Sequence record: NC_048731.1
Direction: 5' to 3' (one strand)
Source: Escherichia phage fp01
Length of the DNA: 64,000 bases
Shown here: piece by piece, positions 19,317-29,594 of the stretch
Layout of the letters: each line of letters begins with the position of its first letter
Position numbering within the stretch: position 1 is the first letter of the stretch
The notes under the pieces: generated by a model
Databases searched by the model: none
Seen by the model: the letters and a program-made list of their open reading frames with translations, nothing else
What the model was told of the DNA's origin: nothing
Translations under genes and position numbers: made by a program

Positions 19317-20082
19317 GTCTTGGGGCGAAACTACTGGCGGTTCTAACGATAAAATCGAATTCCTGAAGTTCAACAACGGTATCACTCGTGTTCGTATCGT
19401 TTCTGGTGTTCTTCCACGTTATGTCTATTGGCTGACTAATAAAGAGGGTAACGTAGCTCCTTTTGAATGTCTCCGTTTTAACCGTGACAAAGAGAGCTTT
19501 GTTCGTGGTAAAGCTGATCCAGTTCATGAGATGGGCTTCTTCGAGAAAGAGCTGGATAAAGATGGTAATCGTGTTCCGCTGAAACCGAAGAAAAACTATA
19601 TCGCTTTTGTTATTGACCGTTCTGATAACAAACTGAAAGTAATGGAAGTCAAGGCTACTATTCTGAAAGGCATCCAGTCTATCATGAAGCAGCTGAGCCT
19701 GGCAACTCCGTTTGATATTGATATTTCTATCGAGAAAAAAGGTAAAGGTTTCGATACTGAGTATGATGTACAGCAGATTGCTGCTATGCAGTTCCAGATT
19801 AAGCTGCAAGATCCTAACAGTGCGGAATCTAAGCAATATGCTGCGGATGTCGATCTGATCGGTGAAGCTATGTGTGATGAAGATGGCGACATCATTAAGT
19901 TCGAAAAAGTTCCTTCTCTGGAACAAACCTATCCGGTTCCTACCTATGAAGAGCAGAAAGAAGCAATTCAAGCCTTCATGGAGGGTCGTGAGAATAAAGA
20001 TGATGATGCCAAATCTGGTAATAGCAATGCAGGCTCCCAGAAAGGTATTGACTCAGAAGCTGCAAGCGATCTGGACGACTAA
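19309..20082 (+). CDS. putative ssDNA-binding protein
   Basis: Highly expressed codon usage, RBS AAGAGGA, acidic C-terminal tail (SEAASDLDD) typical of phage SSBs; sits among replication and recombination genes. Confidence 0.4.
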   Translation: MAKSWGETTGGSNDKIEFLKFNNGITRVRIVSGVLPRYVYWLTNKEGNVAPFECLRFNRDKESFVRGKADPVHEMGFFEKELDKDGNRVPLKPKKNYIAFVIDRSDNKLKVMEVKATILKGIQSIMKQLSLATPFDIDISIEKKGKGFDTEYDVQQIAAMQFQIKLQDPNSAESKQYAADVDLIGEAMCDEDGDIIKFEKVPSLEQTYPVPTYEEQKEAIQAFMEGRENKDDDAKSGNSNAGSQKGIDSEAASDLDD

Positions 20083-20087
20083 TAAAT

Positions 20088-20112
20088 AGAGGGGCTTCGG
20101 CCCCTTTCTTTT
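20088..20112 (+). terminator. rho-independent terminator
   Basis: agaggggc-ttcg-gcccctt then TCTTTTT. Confidence 0.6.
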
Positions 20113-20118
20113 TAACCA

Positions 20119-21096
20119 ATGAGAATATTATTTAGTGCTGATCATCATATCAAACTAGGACAAGATAAAGTTCCAAAGGAATGGCAGAAGCGTCGCTTCC
20201 TGATGCTAGGAGAACGGTTAAATGATATATTCCATAATCATAACTGTGATCTTCATATTGCTGGTGGTGATATACTTGATGTTGCCGACCCGTCGTCAGA
20301 AGAAATAGAACTGCTTGAACAGTTCATGTCAAGACTTGACCATCCAGGCAAAATCTTTACTGGAAATCATGAAATGTTAACTAAAACCATTTCATGTCTA
20401 TATCATTATGCAGGAGTTATTAATAAAGTAACGAGCGGGAAGTGGGAAGTAATTACCAAACCATATCGTTCCCCTGAATTTGATATTGTTCCATATGACG
20501 AAATCCATAAATCTAAGTGGAAACCATCTGAATCAAAACTATGTTTCACGCATGTTCGTGGTGAAATCCCTCCACATGTAAAACCAGAAATTGATCTAAC
20601 TAAGTATAACTGTTATGATACTGTAATTGCTGGCGATTTACATTCTTATACTAATAGCCAGACTATCGGATCTACTAGACTTCTCTACCCAGGGTCTCCA
20701 TTAACTACATCGTTCCATAGAGAACGCACAAAAGGTACAAATGGTTGTTTTATCGTTGATACCGACACATTAAAAGTAGAATGGATTGAACTCGGTGATT
20801 TACCACAACTGATTCGTAAAACAATCGGAGCCGGTGAAGAGATGGAACCTAGTGATTATGATCGTGTAGTATATGAAGTTACTGGTGACGTTGTTCAATT
20901 AAAGTCAATCAAAGACTCTGATTTATTAGATAAGAAGATTAACCATCGAGTTACTAAAGACGCTAAGTTAAATCTTGTCGATCTTGATATGTTAGGTGAA
21001 CTTGAACTTTACTTCCGTGAAGTCGAGAAGCTATCTCAAGGCGACATTGATAGAATCTTGGCTAGAGCTGCGAAATATGTCAAAGATTACAATTAA
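20119..21096 (+). CDS. SbcD/Mre11-like metallophosphoesterase nuclease
   Basis: Calcineurin-like motifs: LFSADHH, GGDILD, GNHE, GDLH. Confidence 0.75.
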   Translation: MRILFSADHHIKLGQDKVPKEWQKRRFLMLGERLNDIFHNHNCDLHIAGGDILDVADPSSEEIELLEQFMSRLDHPGKIFTGNHEMLTKTISCLYHYAGVINKVTSGKWEVITKPYRSPEFDIVPYDEIHKSKWKPSESKLCFTHVRGEIPPHVKPEIDLTKYNCYDTVIAGDLHSYTNSQTIGSTRLLYPGSPLTTSFHRERTKGTNGCFIVDTDTLKVEWIELGDLPQLIRKTIGAGEEMEPSDYDRVVYEVTGDVVQLKSIKDSDLLDKKINHRVTKDAKLNLVDLDMLGELELYFREVEKLSQGDIDRILARAAKYVKDYN

Positions 21097-22915
21097 GACA
21101 CTAAAATTTAGTAACGTTATGTCTTACGGTAAGGACATCGTAATTCATTTCGATAAGAATCCAGTTACTCAACTAATTGGTGGCAATGGGCTAGGGAAAT
21201 CCACTATTGCTACTGTTATTGAAGAATTGTTTTATAACAAGAACTCACGGGGTATTAAGAAGGACGCCCTGTTCTCTTGGTCTACTCCGAAAAAAGAGTA
21301 TGATATGCACGCTTACTTCTCGAAAGATGAAGATGAGTATGAATTGCATAAAGTAGTTAAATCAACTGCTAAAGTAACTCTTATTAAGAATGGAGAAGAT
21401 ATTAGTGGCCACACGGCAACTCAAACATACAAGATGATTGAAGAGATTATGGGTGGTGACTTCCAAACATTCACCAAACTAATTTATCAATCAGTGGGTT
21501 CCAATCTAGACTTTCTAAAAGCAACAGATGCAACACGTAAGGCTTTTCTTGTCAACTTGTTCAATCAAGAACAGTATAAAGAAATGTCAGAAACTATTAA
21601 GGCTGACCGTAAAGAAATAGCAAATACCTTAAATAATTTGCAGGGCCAAATGGCTGTAATTACGAAGATCCTTAATGGAAAGAATAATCTGGGAACTTTG
21701 CAGGAACCTGTAGAAGTACCGGAGTTTGATGAAGAGCCATTAGCACAAGAACTTACTGAATCGAAAATTAAGGCGGCATTAGCCAAGTCTCAAGAGGCTA
21801 ATATTACTAAATTGCGTAATTTGGACAAAGCTGTACAAGTTGCCGAACAATCTTTCGAACCTTTCAAAAATTTGCCCGCGCCTACTGACCAAAACGAAGA
21901 GATCTCAAGTGTTACGCGTGACCTAACGATTGTGACCTCACGTGCGGGAGAAGTTAAGAAACGTTATCAGAAGTTCAAGCAAGAGGCTTCAAATACTGAA
22001 TGTCCTACTTGTGGTACTCATCTGGATACAACTGCTGCTCAAAAAGCAATGGATATGGCTAGAATAGAATATGACCCTCTGTTCAAAGAGAAGCAATCTC
22101 TTGAAGCTAAGCTAGAACAGTTGAAGAAAGAACAACTTGAGTACGTTGCGTATACTAGAGCAAAGGATGCTTTGGATAAAGCAGTGGCAGCTAGAGACGA
22201 GTTCAAAAATTCAATGAGTGACGCCTCTTTTGAAGAACTCAATGTGCAAAACCTACAGGTGCAAATCCGACAACTAGAACAGGAAATAGCTGATGGCCGT
22301 TCTAAGGTTGCAATTGCCAAAGAGCATAATGCAAATGTCGAATTAGCCAATGCAAAATATAAAGCGAAACTAGAACAGATTGAGAAAGCTGAGGCAGAAA
22401 TGTCTGAGATTACTTCCAAACTGGATGAAGTATCAGAAGCTGTTTCTGATCTAGATATTCTGATTGCTGCATTGAAAAATCTGGTAGGGTATAAACTAGA
22501 ACATAGCGTGAAAGTATTTGAAGAGCTTATCAATAAATACCTTTCCATTATGACTGGCGGTAAGTTCGCACTTGGATTTGAACTTGATGAAACAAAATTA
22601 CAAGTAGTAATCTTCAATGATGGAAACCGTACTAGTATGGAGAATTGCTCTACTGGTCAGCAAAGTCGAATCAACCTAGCAACTCTGTTAGCTATTCGAA
22701 TGCTACTAACATCTATTAGTAAAGTTAATATTAATCTTCTATTCCTTGATGAAGTAATTAGCTTTATTGATACGAAAGGACTTGACACCCTTGTTGAATT
22801 ATTAAATGAGGAAGAAAGTCTAAATTCTATCATTGTTTCTCATGGGCATACGCATCCATTGGCCCATAAGATTACTGTCAAAAAAGATGCAGAAGGATTT
22901 TCCTACTTAGAATAA
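21077..22915 (+). CDS. SbcC/Rad50-like ATPase with zinc hook
   Basis: Walker A GGNGLGKST, long coiled-coil, CPTCG hook motif, C-terminal LFLDE (Walker B/D-loop); start set to internal ATG at 21077. Confidence 0.75.
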   Translation: MSKITIKTLKFSNVMSYGKDIVIHFDKNPVTQLIGGNGLGKSTIATVIEELFYNKNSRGIKKDALFSWSTPKKEYDMHAYFSKDEDEYELHKVVKSTAKVTLIKNGEDISGHTATQTYKMIEEIMGGDFQTFTKLIYQSVGSNLDFLKATDATRKAFLVNLFNQEQYKEMSETIKADRKEIANTLNNLQGQMAVITKILNGKNNLGTLQEPVEVPEFDEEPLAQELTESKIKAALAKSQEANITKLRNLDKAVQVAEQSFEPFKNLPAPTDQNEEISSVTRDLTIVTSRAGEVKKRYQKFKQEASNTECPTCGTHLDTTAAQKAMDMARIEYDPLFKEKQSLEAKLEQLKKEQLEYVAYTRAKDALDKAVAARDEFKNSMSDASFEELNVQNLQVQIRQLEQEIADGRSKVAIAKEHNANVELANAKYKAKLEQIEKAEAEMSEITSKLDEVSEAVSDLDILIAALKNLVGYKLEHSVKVFEELINKYLSIMTGGKFALGFELDETKLQVVIFNDGNRTSMENCSTGQQSRINLATLLAIRMLLTSISKVNINLLFLDEVISFIDTKGLDTLVELLNEEESLNSIIVSHGHTHPLAHKITVKKDAEGFSYLE

Positions 22916-22918
22916 AAC

Positions 22919-23401
22919 ATGGCTGTAGATAGTAGAGAGAAAGGTAAACGTGGTGAATATCAGGTAAGAGATATTCTACGTGAGCGTACAGGTCTTGAGT
23001 GGGAACGTGTTCCTGGCTCTGGTGCTTTTGGCCAGAGCCACGGACTAAAAGGTGACATCTACCTTCCACCACAAAGCGGACACATTAGTAGATACTGCTT
23101 CGAAGTTAAGTGGTATAAAGATGATAATATATCAAGTAATTTATTTAATGTTGGTGAATCCACTCTAGAGAAGTGGTGGCAGCAGTGCTCACGTGAAGGT
23201 GAGCAAATGAACTCCAAACCTGCATTAATATTCAAAAAAGACAGAGGACAGTGGTTAATAGCTTTGGATAGCTCAGACCCGATGGTTGACAACTTAATGA
23301 GTCGTACCCATATGGTGTTAAATAAGAAAGACATGGAAATCGTAATTGGTTTATTTGAGCCGTGGCTACATCATGCATCTGTTGAGGACTTAATTAAATA
23401 A
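22919..23401 (+). CDS. putative Holliday-junction resolvase-like nuclease (PD-(D/E)xK, Hjc-like)
   Basis: N-terminal REKGKRGE...ERVPGSGAF...KGDIY resembles the Hjc/restriction-endonuclease-fold signature. Confidence 0.4.
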   Translation: MAVDSREKGKRGEYQVRDILRERTGLEWERVPGSGAFGQSHGLKGDIYLPPQSGHISRYCFEVKWYKDDNISSNLFNVGESTLEKWWQQCSREGEQMNSKPALIFKKDRGQWLIALDSSDPMVDNLMSRTHMVLNKKDMEIVIGLFEPWLHHASVEDLIK

Positions 23402-24276
23402 TGAGTAAATCCTGGGGAAAATTTATTGAAGAAGAGGAAGCTGAAATGGCTTCCCGTCGTAACCTAATGATTGTCGATGGAACTAACTTAGGCTTTCGCT
23501 TCAAGCATAACAATAGTAAAAAACCATTTGCCTCAAGTTATGTTTCCACTATTCAGTCTCTTGCAAAATCTTATTCTGCTAGAACTACAATAGTTTTAGG
23601 AGATAAGGGGAAGTCTGCATTCCGCTTAGAGCATTTACCTGAGTATAAGGGTAATCGAGATGAGAAATACTCTCAGCGTACGGAAGAGGAGAAAGCGTTA
23701 GATGAGCAGTTCTTCGAGTATTTGAAAGATGCTTTCGAATTATGTGAAACTACGTTCCCAACTTTCACTATTCGTGGTGTAGAAGCAGACGACATGGCAG
23801 CTTATATTGTTAAGCTCATCGGGCATCTATATGATCATATTTGGCTAATTTCTACCGATGGTGACTGGGATACTTTATTAACTGATAAAGTATCTCGCTT
23901 CTCTTTCACAACACGTCGTGAATATCATCTTCGTGATATGTATGAGCATCATAATGTTGACGATGTAGAGCAGTTTATCTCCCTGAAAGCAATTATGGGT
24001 GATTTAGGGGATAATATCCGAGGTGTTGAAGGTATTGGGGCAAAGCGTGGGTATAATATTATTCGTGAATTTGGTAACGTTCTGGATATTATTGATCAGC
24101 TTCCACTGCCTGGAAAACAGAAATATATACAGAATTTAAATGCTTCGGAAGAATTGCTTTATCGAAACCTAATTCTGGTTGATTTACCTACCTACTGTGT
24201 GGATGCTATTGCTGCTGTAGGTCAAGATGTATTAGATAAATTTACAAAAGATATTTTGGAGATTGCAGAACAATGA
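23401..24276 (+). CDS. flap endonuclease / 5'-3' exonuclease
   Basis: 291 aa; FEN N-terminal acidic cluster MIVDGTNLGFR and HhH-like region GDLGDNIRGVEGIG. Confidence 0.8.
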   Translation: MSKSWGKFIEEEEAEMASRRNLMIVDGTNLGFRFKHNNSKKPFASSYVSTIQSLAKSYSARTTIVLGDKGKSAFRLEHLPEYKGNRDEKYSQRTEEEKALDEQFFEYLKDAFELCETTFPTFTIRGVEADDMAAYIVKLIGHLYDHIWLISTDGDWDTLLTDKVSRFSFTTRREYHLRDMYEHHNVDDVEQFISLKAIMGDLGDNIRGVEGIGAKRGYNIIREFGNVLDIIDQLPLPGKQKYIQNLNASEELLYRNLILVDLPTYCVDAIAAVGQDVLDKFTKDILEIAEQ

Positions 24277-24719
24277 TTAAAATTAAATTAACTCATCCAG
24301 ATTGTATGCCTAAGATTGGTTCCGAAGATGCTGCAGGTATGGATCTGCGAGCATTCTTTGGTACTAACCCTGCTGCAGATTTACGTGCTATTGCACCAGG
24401 CAAATCCCTAATGATTGACACCGGTGTCGCGGTGGAAATTCCGCGAGGTTGGTTCGGTTTGGTAGTTCCTCGTAGCTCTTTAGGTAAGCGTCATTTGATG
24501 ATTGCAAATACCGCGGGAGTGATTGACTCAGACTATCGTGGAACTATTAAGATGAACCTGTTCAACTACGGTTCTGAAATTCAAACTCTGGAAAATTTTG
24601 AAAGACTTTGTCAGCTGGTAGTAGTACCACACTACTCAACTCATAATTTTGAAATTGTTGACGAACTAGGGGAGACTGATCGTGGAGAGGGTGGCTTTGG
24701 AAGTTCGGGAAGTAAATAA
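24273..24719 (+). CDS. dut: dUTP diphosphatase
   Basis: dUTPase motifs AAGMDLRA, PRSS, IANTAGVIDSDYRG, RGEGGFGSSG. Confidence 0.85.
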   Translation: MIKIKLTHPDCMPKIGSEDAAGMDLRAFFGTNPAADLRAIAPGKSLMIDTGVAVEIPRGWFGLVVPRSSLGKRHLMIANTAGVIDSDYRGTIKMNLFNYGSEIQTLENFERLCQLVVVPHYSTHNFEIVDELGETDRGEGGFGSSGSK

Positions 24720-24741
24720 TCTACATATCAAATAAATAATA

Positions 24742-24780
24742 AACCCCAGAGGGATATCCCTCTGGGGTTTTCTTTTATTG
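24742..24780. terminator. bidirectional terminator between convergent early and late blocks
   Basis: aaccccagaggg-atat-ccctctggggtt flanked by A-rich tract on one side and T-rich on the other. Confidence 0.6.
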
Positions 24781-26904
24781 AGGTACTATCTGTACCTTTA
24801 ATTGCTTGAGTTCTTCTTCTAAGTCTTCAATCCTTTTAATAAGATCTTGAACAACATGCATAGTATCAAGAAGCATTGGAGTTGTATCAAGTTCTTTTTG
24901 TTCCTGTTCTGCCCCATTGTTATCATAGAATTTTCTAGTTTTAACATAAAGCGGTTCTATAACTTCTGTTTCCTGAGCGATAACACCTCGTCTTATACGT
25001 TGAAGATTATCGTTATTATATATGAATGTCACAAAGTTTAGATTTTTGATGTTTTCTAAAGCTTTTTCAACAGTTGTATTTTCTATAGAATGTTTAAGGC
25101 GCCTATCTGAAGTTGCATTCTTTTGTAAAGTGTATGTTTCTTCTGATCCTGGTTGCCATTTGTGGAAAAAAATATCGGAATTTAATGGTTGAATACCGAC
25201 ACGAACTCCATAAGCGTTATTAGCATCGCCAGCAATATGCCATACGGATTGTGCAAAAGATGTTCCGTTGTGATGAATCATCCCCCAGTGACACGAAGTC
25301 TTATAACCACCTTGACTAGATTGGGCACCACTAAGAAGACTATTAAAAGCGTAATTTGCTCCAATAGCCTGGTCTTCCGCGCTAAATGTACCTTTAGTAA
25401 AACCTGTTTCACTCCAAGCCATCATAGTCCCATATCTTGCTCTATATCGATCGCTACTCAGCGTACCTGTGTCATCAAAGGCAAGGTCTTTTGTCACCCC
25501 TTTTGTCTTGTTGTATACAGACAGAATCGCATAATAAAGGCCATCCATGTATGCATCGCATCGCAATCCTGCATCCGCTTCAACAACGGTGCCGATTTTG
25601 TATTGGGCCTTTACCTGTCCTGACAATGCCTTTACGCCAGAGCCTGGGCGGACAGCATCAGCATTCATTACACTCCAAGACGTATTCGCGGCAACAAAGC
25701 CACCAGAGGCACGAATCACCCAAACGCCGACAAAGTTGCGCGGAACGATTTCTGCTGCTGAACGACCATAAACAGGACTGCAGCGAGAAGCGTCAAAGTT
25801 GGTTTGTATGTACCTTGAACCAGAGCCAACCGCAGCAGGAGCGTCCCCCGAAGTTATCGACTGAAAAGCACCGTTAGTTGCCACTTGGCTTGCTAAAGAA
25901 GCCAATGTCACCATTGTGTGCGGCGCTGCGTAAGTTATATTTGGAGCGCCTGATTCAGACACAACCCCGTTGGACGATGAATTCCCGCCGTCACCCCTGC
26001 CAAATAAGGCCTGTATGGAACCAGTTTGAACACCGTTCCTGTCAGGCACTCGAAACGTTGTTGTTCCGTTACCCAAAGAATATTTACCACGCTTTGATGC
26101 GTCAGCAAGCCATTCCGCATCTGAAATCGGCGTAAGCATTTGCGCATATGCCCAAAGCTCAGGCCAGTCAGCCCTGTTAAGAAGCTGCCCATCAGAAACC
26201 ACCTCATACGGTTGAATATACGCACGGCTATCTCGAAGATGGAAATCACCGACACCGTAGTTCATCACGCCATTCATTGTGGGTCCTACTGTGCCAGTAT
26301 TAATTTTGTTCTCCACCCAACGCTTAGTTACAGCATCATAATCATTAACGGGGTCTCCCGCAAGGGGGGTAGATCCAATAGGACGAACATTTAACCACGC
26401 AGCTGCGCGATCTGCTAAATCTGATAAATTATTTTCAGTCAATAGGCTTTCGTCTTTTGTTGGCACATTATAACTTTGTCTAAAAGCTTCTTTTGATACT
26501 ACTCCAGTACCCCCTTGTTCTATAGAAAGTGCAGTGGTTAAACCTGTTAAAGATTTAATAGTTGAGTTGGCACCATCCATGTCTATACTAGCAAATCTTG
26601 ACCATGCAGTCCATGAACTGTAAAAAGATCTACTATATATCTCATTACTATTATAAGGTAAGTAAATTTGAGTACAAGAAGTTGCTAAATTGCTTGCATT
26701 ATTTTTTAAAACTAGTAATGTACCTGCAGCCGCAACAGGATAGTTAAGAGAAGTAGGAGAGTTAGCATTTTCAGATTGCCAATACTTTCCATACACACTC
26801 CCATCAAGTGTATTTAAATTTGTTCCTGTAGTAATTAAACCATATACAGGTAAAGCGGCTACATCAGTAGCCTTTAAGTTAATTTTATCAATTCTAAGAG
26901 CCAT
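24775..26904 (-). CDS. tail fibre distal subunit (LtfB-like) with C-terminal intramolecular chaperone domain
   Basis: RBS AAGGAG; C-terminal SDRRLKHSIE...coiled-coil matches the self-cleaving S74-type chaperone domain of phage fibres; GC-rich internal segment. Confidence 0.7.
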   Translation of the reverse strand: MALRIDKINLKATDVAALPVYGLITTGTNLNTLDGSVYGKYWQSENANSPTSLNYPVAAAGTLLVLKNNASNLATSCTQIYLPYNSNEIYSRSFYSSWTAWSRFASIDMDGANSTIKSLTGLTTALSIEQGGTGVVSKEAFRQSYNVPTKDESLLTENNLSDLADRAAAWLNVRPIGSTPLAGDPVNDYDAVTKRWVENKINTGTVGPTMNGVMNYGVGDFHLRDSRAYIQPYEVVSDGQLLNRADWPELWAYAQMLTPISDAEWLADASKRGKYSLGNGTTTFRVPDRNGVQTGSIQALFGRGDGGNSSSNGVVSESGAPNITYAAPHTMVTLASLASQVATNGAFQSITSGDAPAAVGSGSRYIQTNFDASRCSPVYGRSAAEIVPRNFVGVWVIRASGGFVAANTSWSVMNADAVRPGSGVKALSGQVKAQYKIGTVVEADAGLRCDAYMDGLYYAILSVYNKTKGVTKDLAFDDTGTLSSDRYRARYGTMMAWSETGFTKGTFSAEDQAIGANYAFNSLLSGAQSSQGGYKTSCHWGMIHHNGTSFAQSVWHIAGDANNAYGVRVGIQPLNSDIFFHKWQPGSEETYTLQKNATSDRRLKHSIENTTVEKALENIKNLNFVTFIYNNDNLQRIRRGVIAQETEVIEPLYVKTRKFYDNNGAEQEQKELDTTPMLLDTMHVVQDLIKRIEDLEEELKQLKVQIVPQ

Positions 26905-26913
26905 TTTAACTCC

Positions 26914-27219
26914 TTATGCCCACATGCGAACAGGTGTTTCTGGGTTTACTATAAATTTATCTAGTATAGAGAGATCAAAATCATCAATATTCATAATACG
27001 CAGATTAACGTGATATCCTTCTTGCACTACATACTCAATATCTTCTATATTTTGATACTCTGTTAAGGGTTTTGCAGGCTGACTGATAATACCGATAAAA
27101 TCAATACTGACATTTTCACAATATAAACTACCTGTTTCTTCATCTAAACTAAAGCCAAATTTTATCAAATTAATTTTCATTTCATCAGCATTAGTAAATT
27201 TTAGATATAAATCTTTCAT
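26914..27219 (-). CDS. hypothetical protein between the two tail-fibre genes
   Basis: 101-aa acidic ORF with RBS AAGGA. Confidence 0.35.
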   Translation of the reverse strand: MKDLYLKFTNADEMKINLIKFGFSLDEETGSLYCENVSIDFIGIISQPAKPLTEYQNIEDIEYVVQEGYHVNLRIMNIDDFDLSILDKFIVNPETPVRMWA

Positions 27220-27265
27220 TATAGAATCCTTAATTTTATGGGAACATTATATAATATTCCTGTAC

Positions 27266-29169
27266 TTACCGTAAGCCATTAATTTGATCATTATTTAAAG
27301 CCCTATACCATACTCGGAAATTCTTAATATGATATACAAATTTAGAAGGGGTAGGAGATGGTGATGCACCTAACCTAGACGGAATACCTGTCAAACTCAC
27401 GGGAGTACTAGTAGATTTAGCAGTTTTACCATTAAAGAAATTACTAATCTCATTCCCTGTTATTTTTTGAGCATAGGTCATAGGAGGTAGACTTTCTATA
27501 TCTGGAATAGCTAAGGTTGGCCCTGTACTAGATCTATATGTTCTTATAGTGGCATTATCAGCGCTATCACAGCGGCAGATAATGTCATACTTAGAACCTC
27601 TTACTTGCATAACTTCTACATAACTAGTATAAGGTCGTACTTTACAATTAAATTCAAAAGATACTGTGCGCTCAAAGTAGTCCGCCAGGGTTCTATAGCC
27701 GGCATTATCTGGTATACACCACCATTCATCTGCTGTTCTAGTAGTGGTGGTATCAGTGCTATTACGGATGTAAGAAGTTGGAGCTATGCCTTCCTCAACC
27801 TGTATACCCCAAATGTAGAAACCAGAAACACCATCCCCCTGGTAGACAGTAGTATTGGTATTTTTAGCCATCTGGAGTCTAAATATAGTGCTTCGACTTT
27901 CAGTGGCTGCAAAAGAAACCCAAATTCTATATATACCTCCAGTTAATCTCTCATACCCCCCTCTAATATTACTAGCAGAACCACTTGTAGCAACAGTTTC
28001 ATTTTTAATATCAAAAAACATACCAACAGTTGTACCGGAAGCTACACGTAGATATACTAAACGGTTAGCGGTATCATCTTTAACATAAGCAGAATAGCAA
28101 TAAAAAGTATCAGCAGTCAAAGATATCCATTTATCGTTGCAGTAATGCTCGCCGTCATTGGTATTCTCGGTAAACTTAGTCATCAACATTTCGCCAGTCG
28201 GGCACGCCGAAGCATTAGGAGTTGTAATAACTAGACTACCTCCAGTAATTGCTTCTGAATTAGTATATAAATTAGTGCACTGAGACTCCATTAATAAACC
28301 TTGCTTTTCAAATCTAGGTTCATTAATATCTGCAAAACACATTTTACCACTTTTATCTATATAACTGGCGGTAGTTGAGCGAGTAAAATTTGCAGATTTT
28401 GTTGGCAATTCCAGAGTTACATCATTAATTGTTGCTAAATCGTAGGGGGCCATACCAGATAATAATCTCATATCATCAGTTAAAGGTACCCAAACATCCG
28501 GATAAGGGACAGGTTCATACATAATAATACTAGCAGCAGAAGCAGCGGCGGCAGCTTCAGAAGCTTTAGCATTAATTTCAGAAGCTTTAGCGTTAGTCTC
28601 TGAAGCTTTAGCATTAGTCTCAGAAGNNNNNNNNNNNNNNNNNNNNNNNNNNNNNNNNNNNNNNNNNTTTTACTTGCTAATGCATTAGTTTCGCTAGTAG
28701 CAGCATTAGTTTCCGAGGTTTTAGCTTTGGTTTCACTAGATTTTGCATTAGTTTCTGATGCTTTTGCATTAGTCTCGGATGTTTTAGCCTTAGTTTCACT
28801 AGCTTTCGCATTAGTCTCAGATACTTTAGCTGCTGCGGCTGATGCTGCAGATCTATCCGCTGATGCAGCAGATTGAGTAGCAGATGTAGCGGACTGAGTG
28901 GCAGAGGCTTCAGAAGCTCCAGCAGAAATAGCAGCTTCCTGTTCAGAATCCTTAGCATTAAGTTCTGAAGTCTTAGCAGCTATCTCAGAAGCTTTTGCAG
29001 CTGCAGCAGATTTAGCCGTAGCCTCAATAGAGGATACTAATTCACTTGCAGTAATAGAGCTAATAGAATTACCTAGAGTTACAGTATATCTAGGAAATTT
29101 ACTAGCAGTAGCTTTAGTATCATCAATATTTAATATCTGTTGTACAATAATCTTAGTAGTTACTGCCAT
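27266..29169 (-). CDS. L-shaped tail fibre proximal subunit (pb1 N-terminal/LtfA-like), interrupted by an assembly gap
   Basis: The 418-aa and 229-aa track ORFs are the same reading frame on either side of the N-run; SETNAKA-type repeats continue in frame; N-terminus matches the T5 fibre N-terminus as recalled. Confidence 0.6.
28540..28860 (-). repeat. in-frame tandem 21-nt coding repeats (heptapeptide A-K-A/T-S-E-T-N array)
   Basis: Repeated gcattagtctc(a/t)ga(a/t)gctttagc units on both sides of the gap. Confidence 0.8.
28627..28667. other. assembly gap (41 N)
   Basis: Run of n characters inside a tandem coding repeat. Confidence 0.95.
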
Positions 29170-29591
29170 TATTTAGTTACCCCATCACTGATAAATACTT
29201 TACCCTCCATTATGCGAAAGGAGCTAATTGCAGATCCTACAACATCTCTAGTCATGATTATATCATAGTATCCTGCTAATCGCTGACGGGGGTTATACTT
29301 ATCTCTATCTTTAGATGCTTTAGCTCCTAGATTTTCCACGGATTCTACTGGCAAACTTATAGCCACAGCCCCCTGGGCAGCATCAATAATATTAGTAGTA
29401 AAGGATGCTAGGGTTTCTGCGTTCTCTTCTAGACTACTTTTTATAACACCTCTTAGAGAATACCCCGTTAAATTAACAGGGGTATTTGTAGGTGGGTAAG
29501 TACTATCATCAACATCTAAGAACTGCATCATTAAACCATATGGTACTTTCTCATCTATTACTAAGTCTATAACTCTATTTTCAGTACTCAT
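29169..29591 (-). CDS. tail collar protein (p132-like)
   Basis: 140 aa, directly downstream of baseplate genes and upstream of the fibre gene. Confidence 0.45.
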   Translation of the reverse strand: MSTENRVIDLVIDEKVPYGLMMQFLDVDDSTYPPTNTPVNLTGYSLRGVIKSSLEENAETLASFTTNIIDAAQGAVAISLPVESVENLGAKASKDRDKYNPRQRLAGYYDIIMTRDVVGSAISSFRIMEGKVFISDGVTK

Positions 29592-29594
29592 TAT

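Noticed and set aside
22039-22617. 192-aa minus-strand ORF inside the SbcC-like gene, and similar antisense ORFs inside the polymerase, tail-fibre, tape measure and capsid genes
   Set aside because: Ser/Cys/Leu-rich low-complexity translations antisense to strongly supported genes, without RBS
28627-28667. Run of 41 N as a possible biological feature
   Set aside because: It is an assembly placeholder inside a tandem repeat; the flanking reading frame is continuous
28480-29169. 229-aa track ORF as a separate gene with a Leu/Lys-rich C-terminus
   Set aside because: The C-terminal part after the X run is an out-of-frame artefact of the gap; the N-terminal part belongs to the tail-fibre gene continuing at 27266-28522
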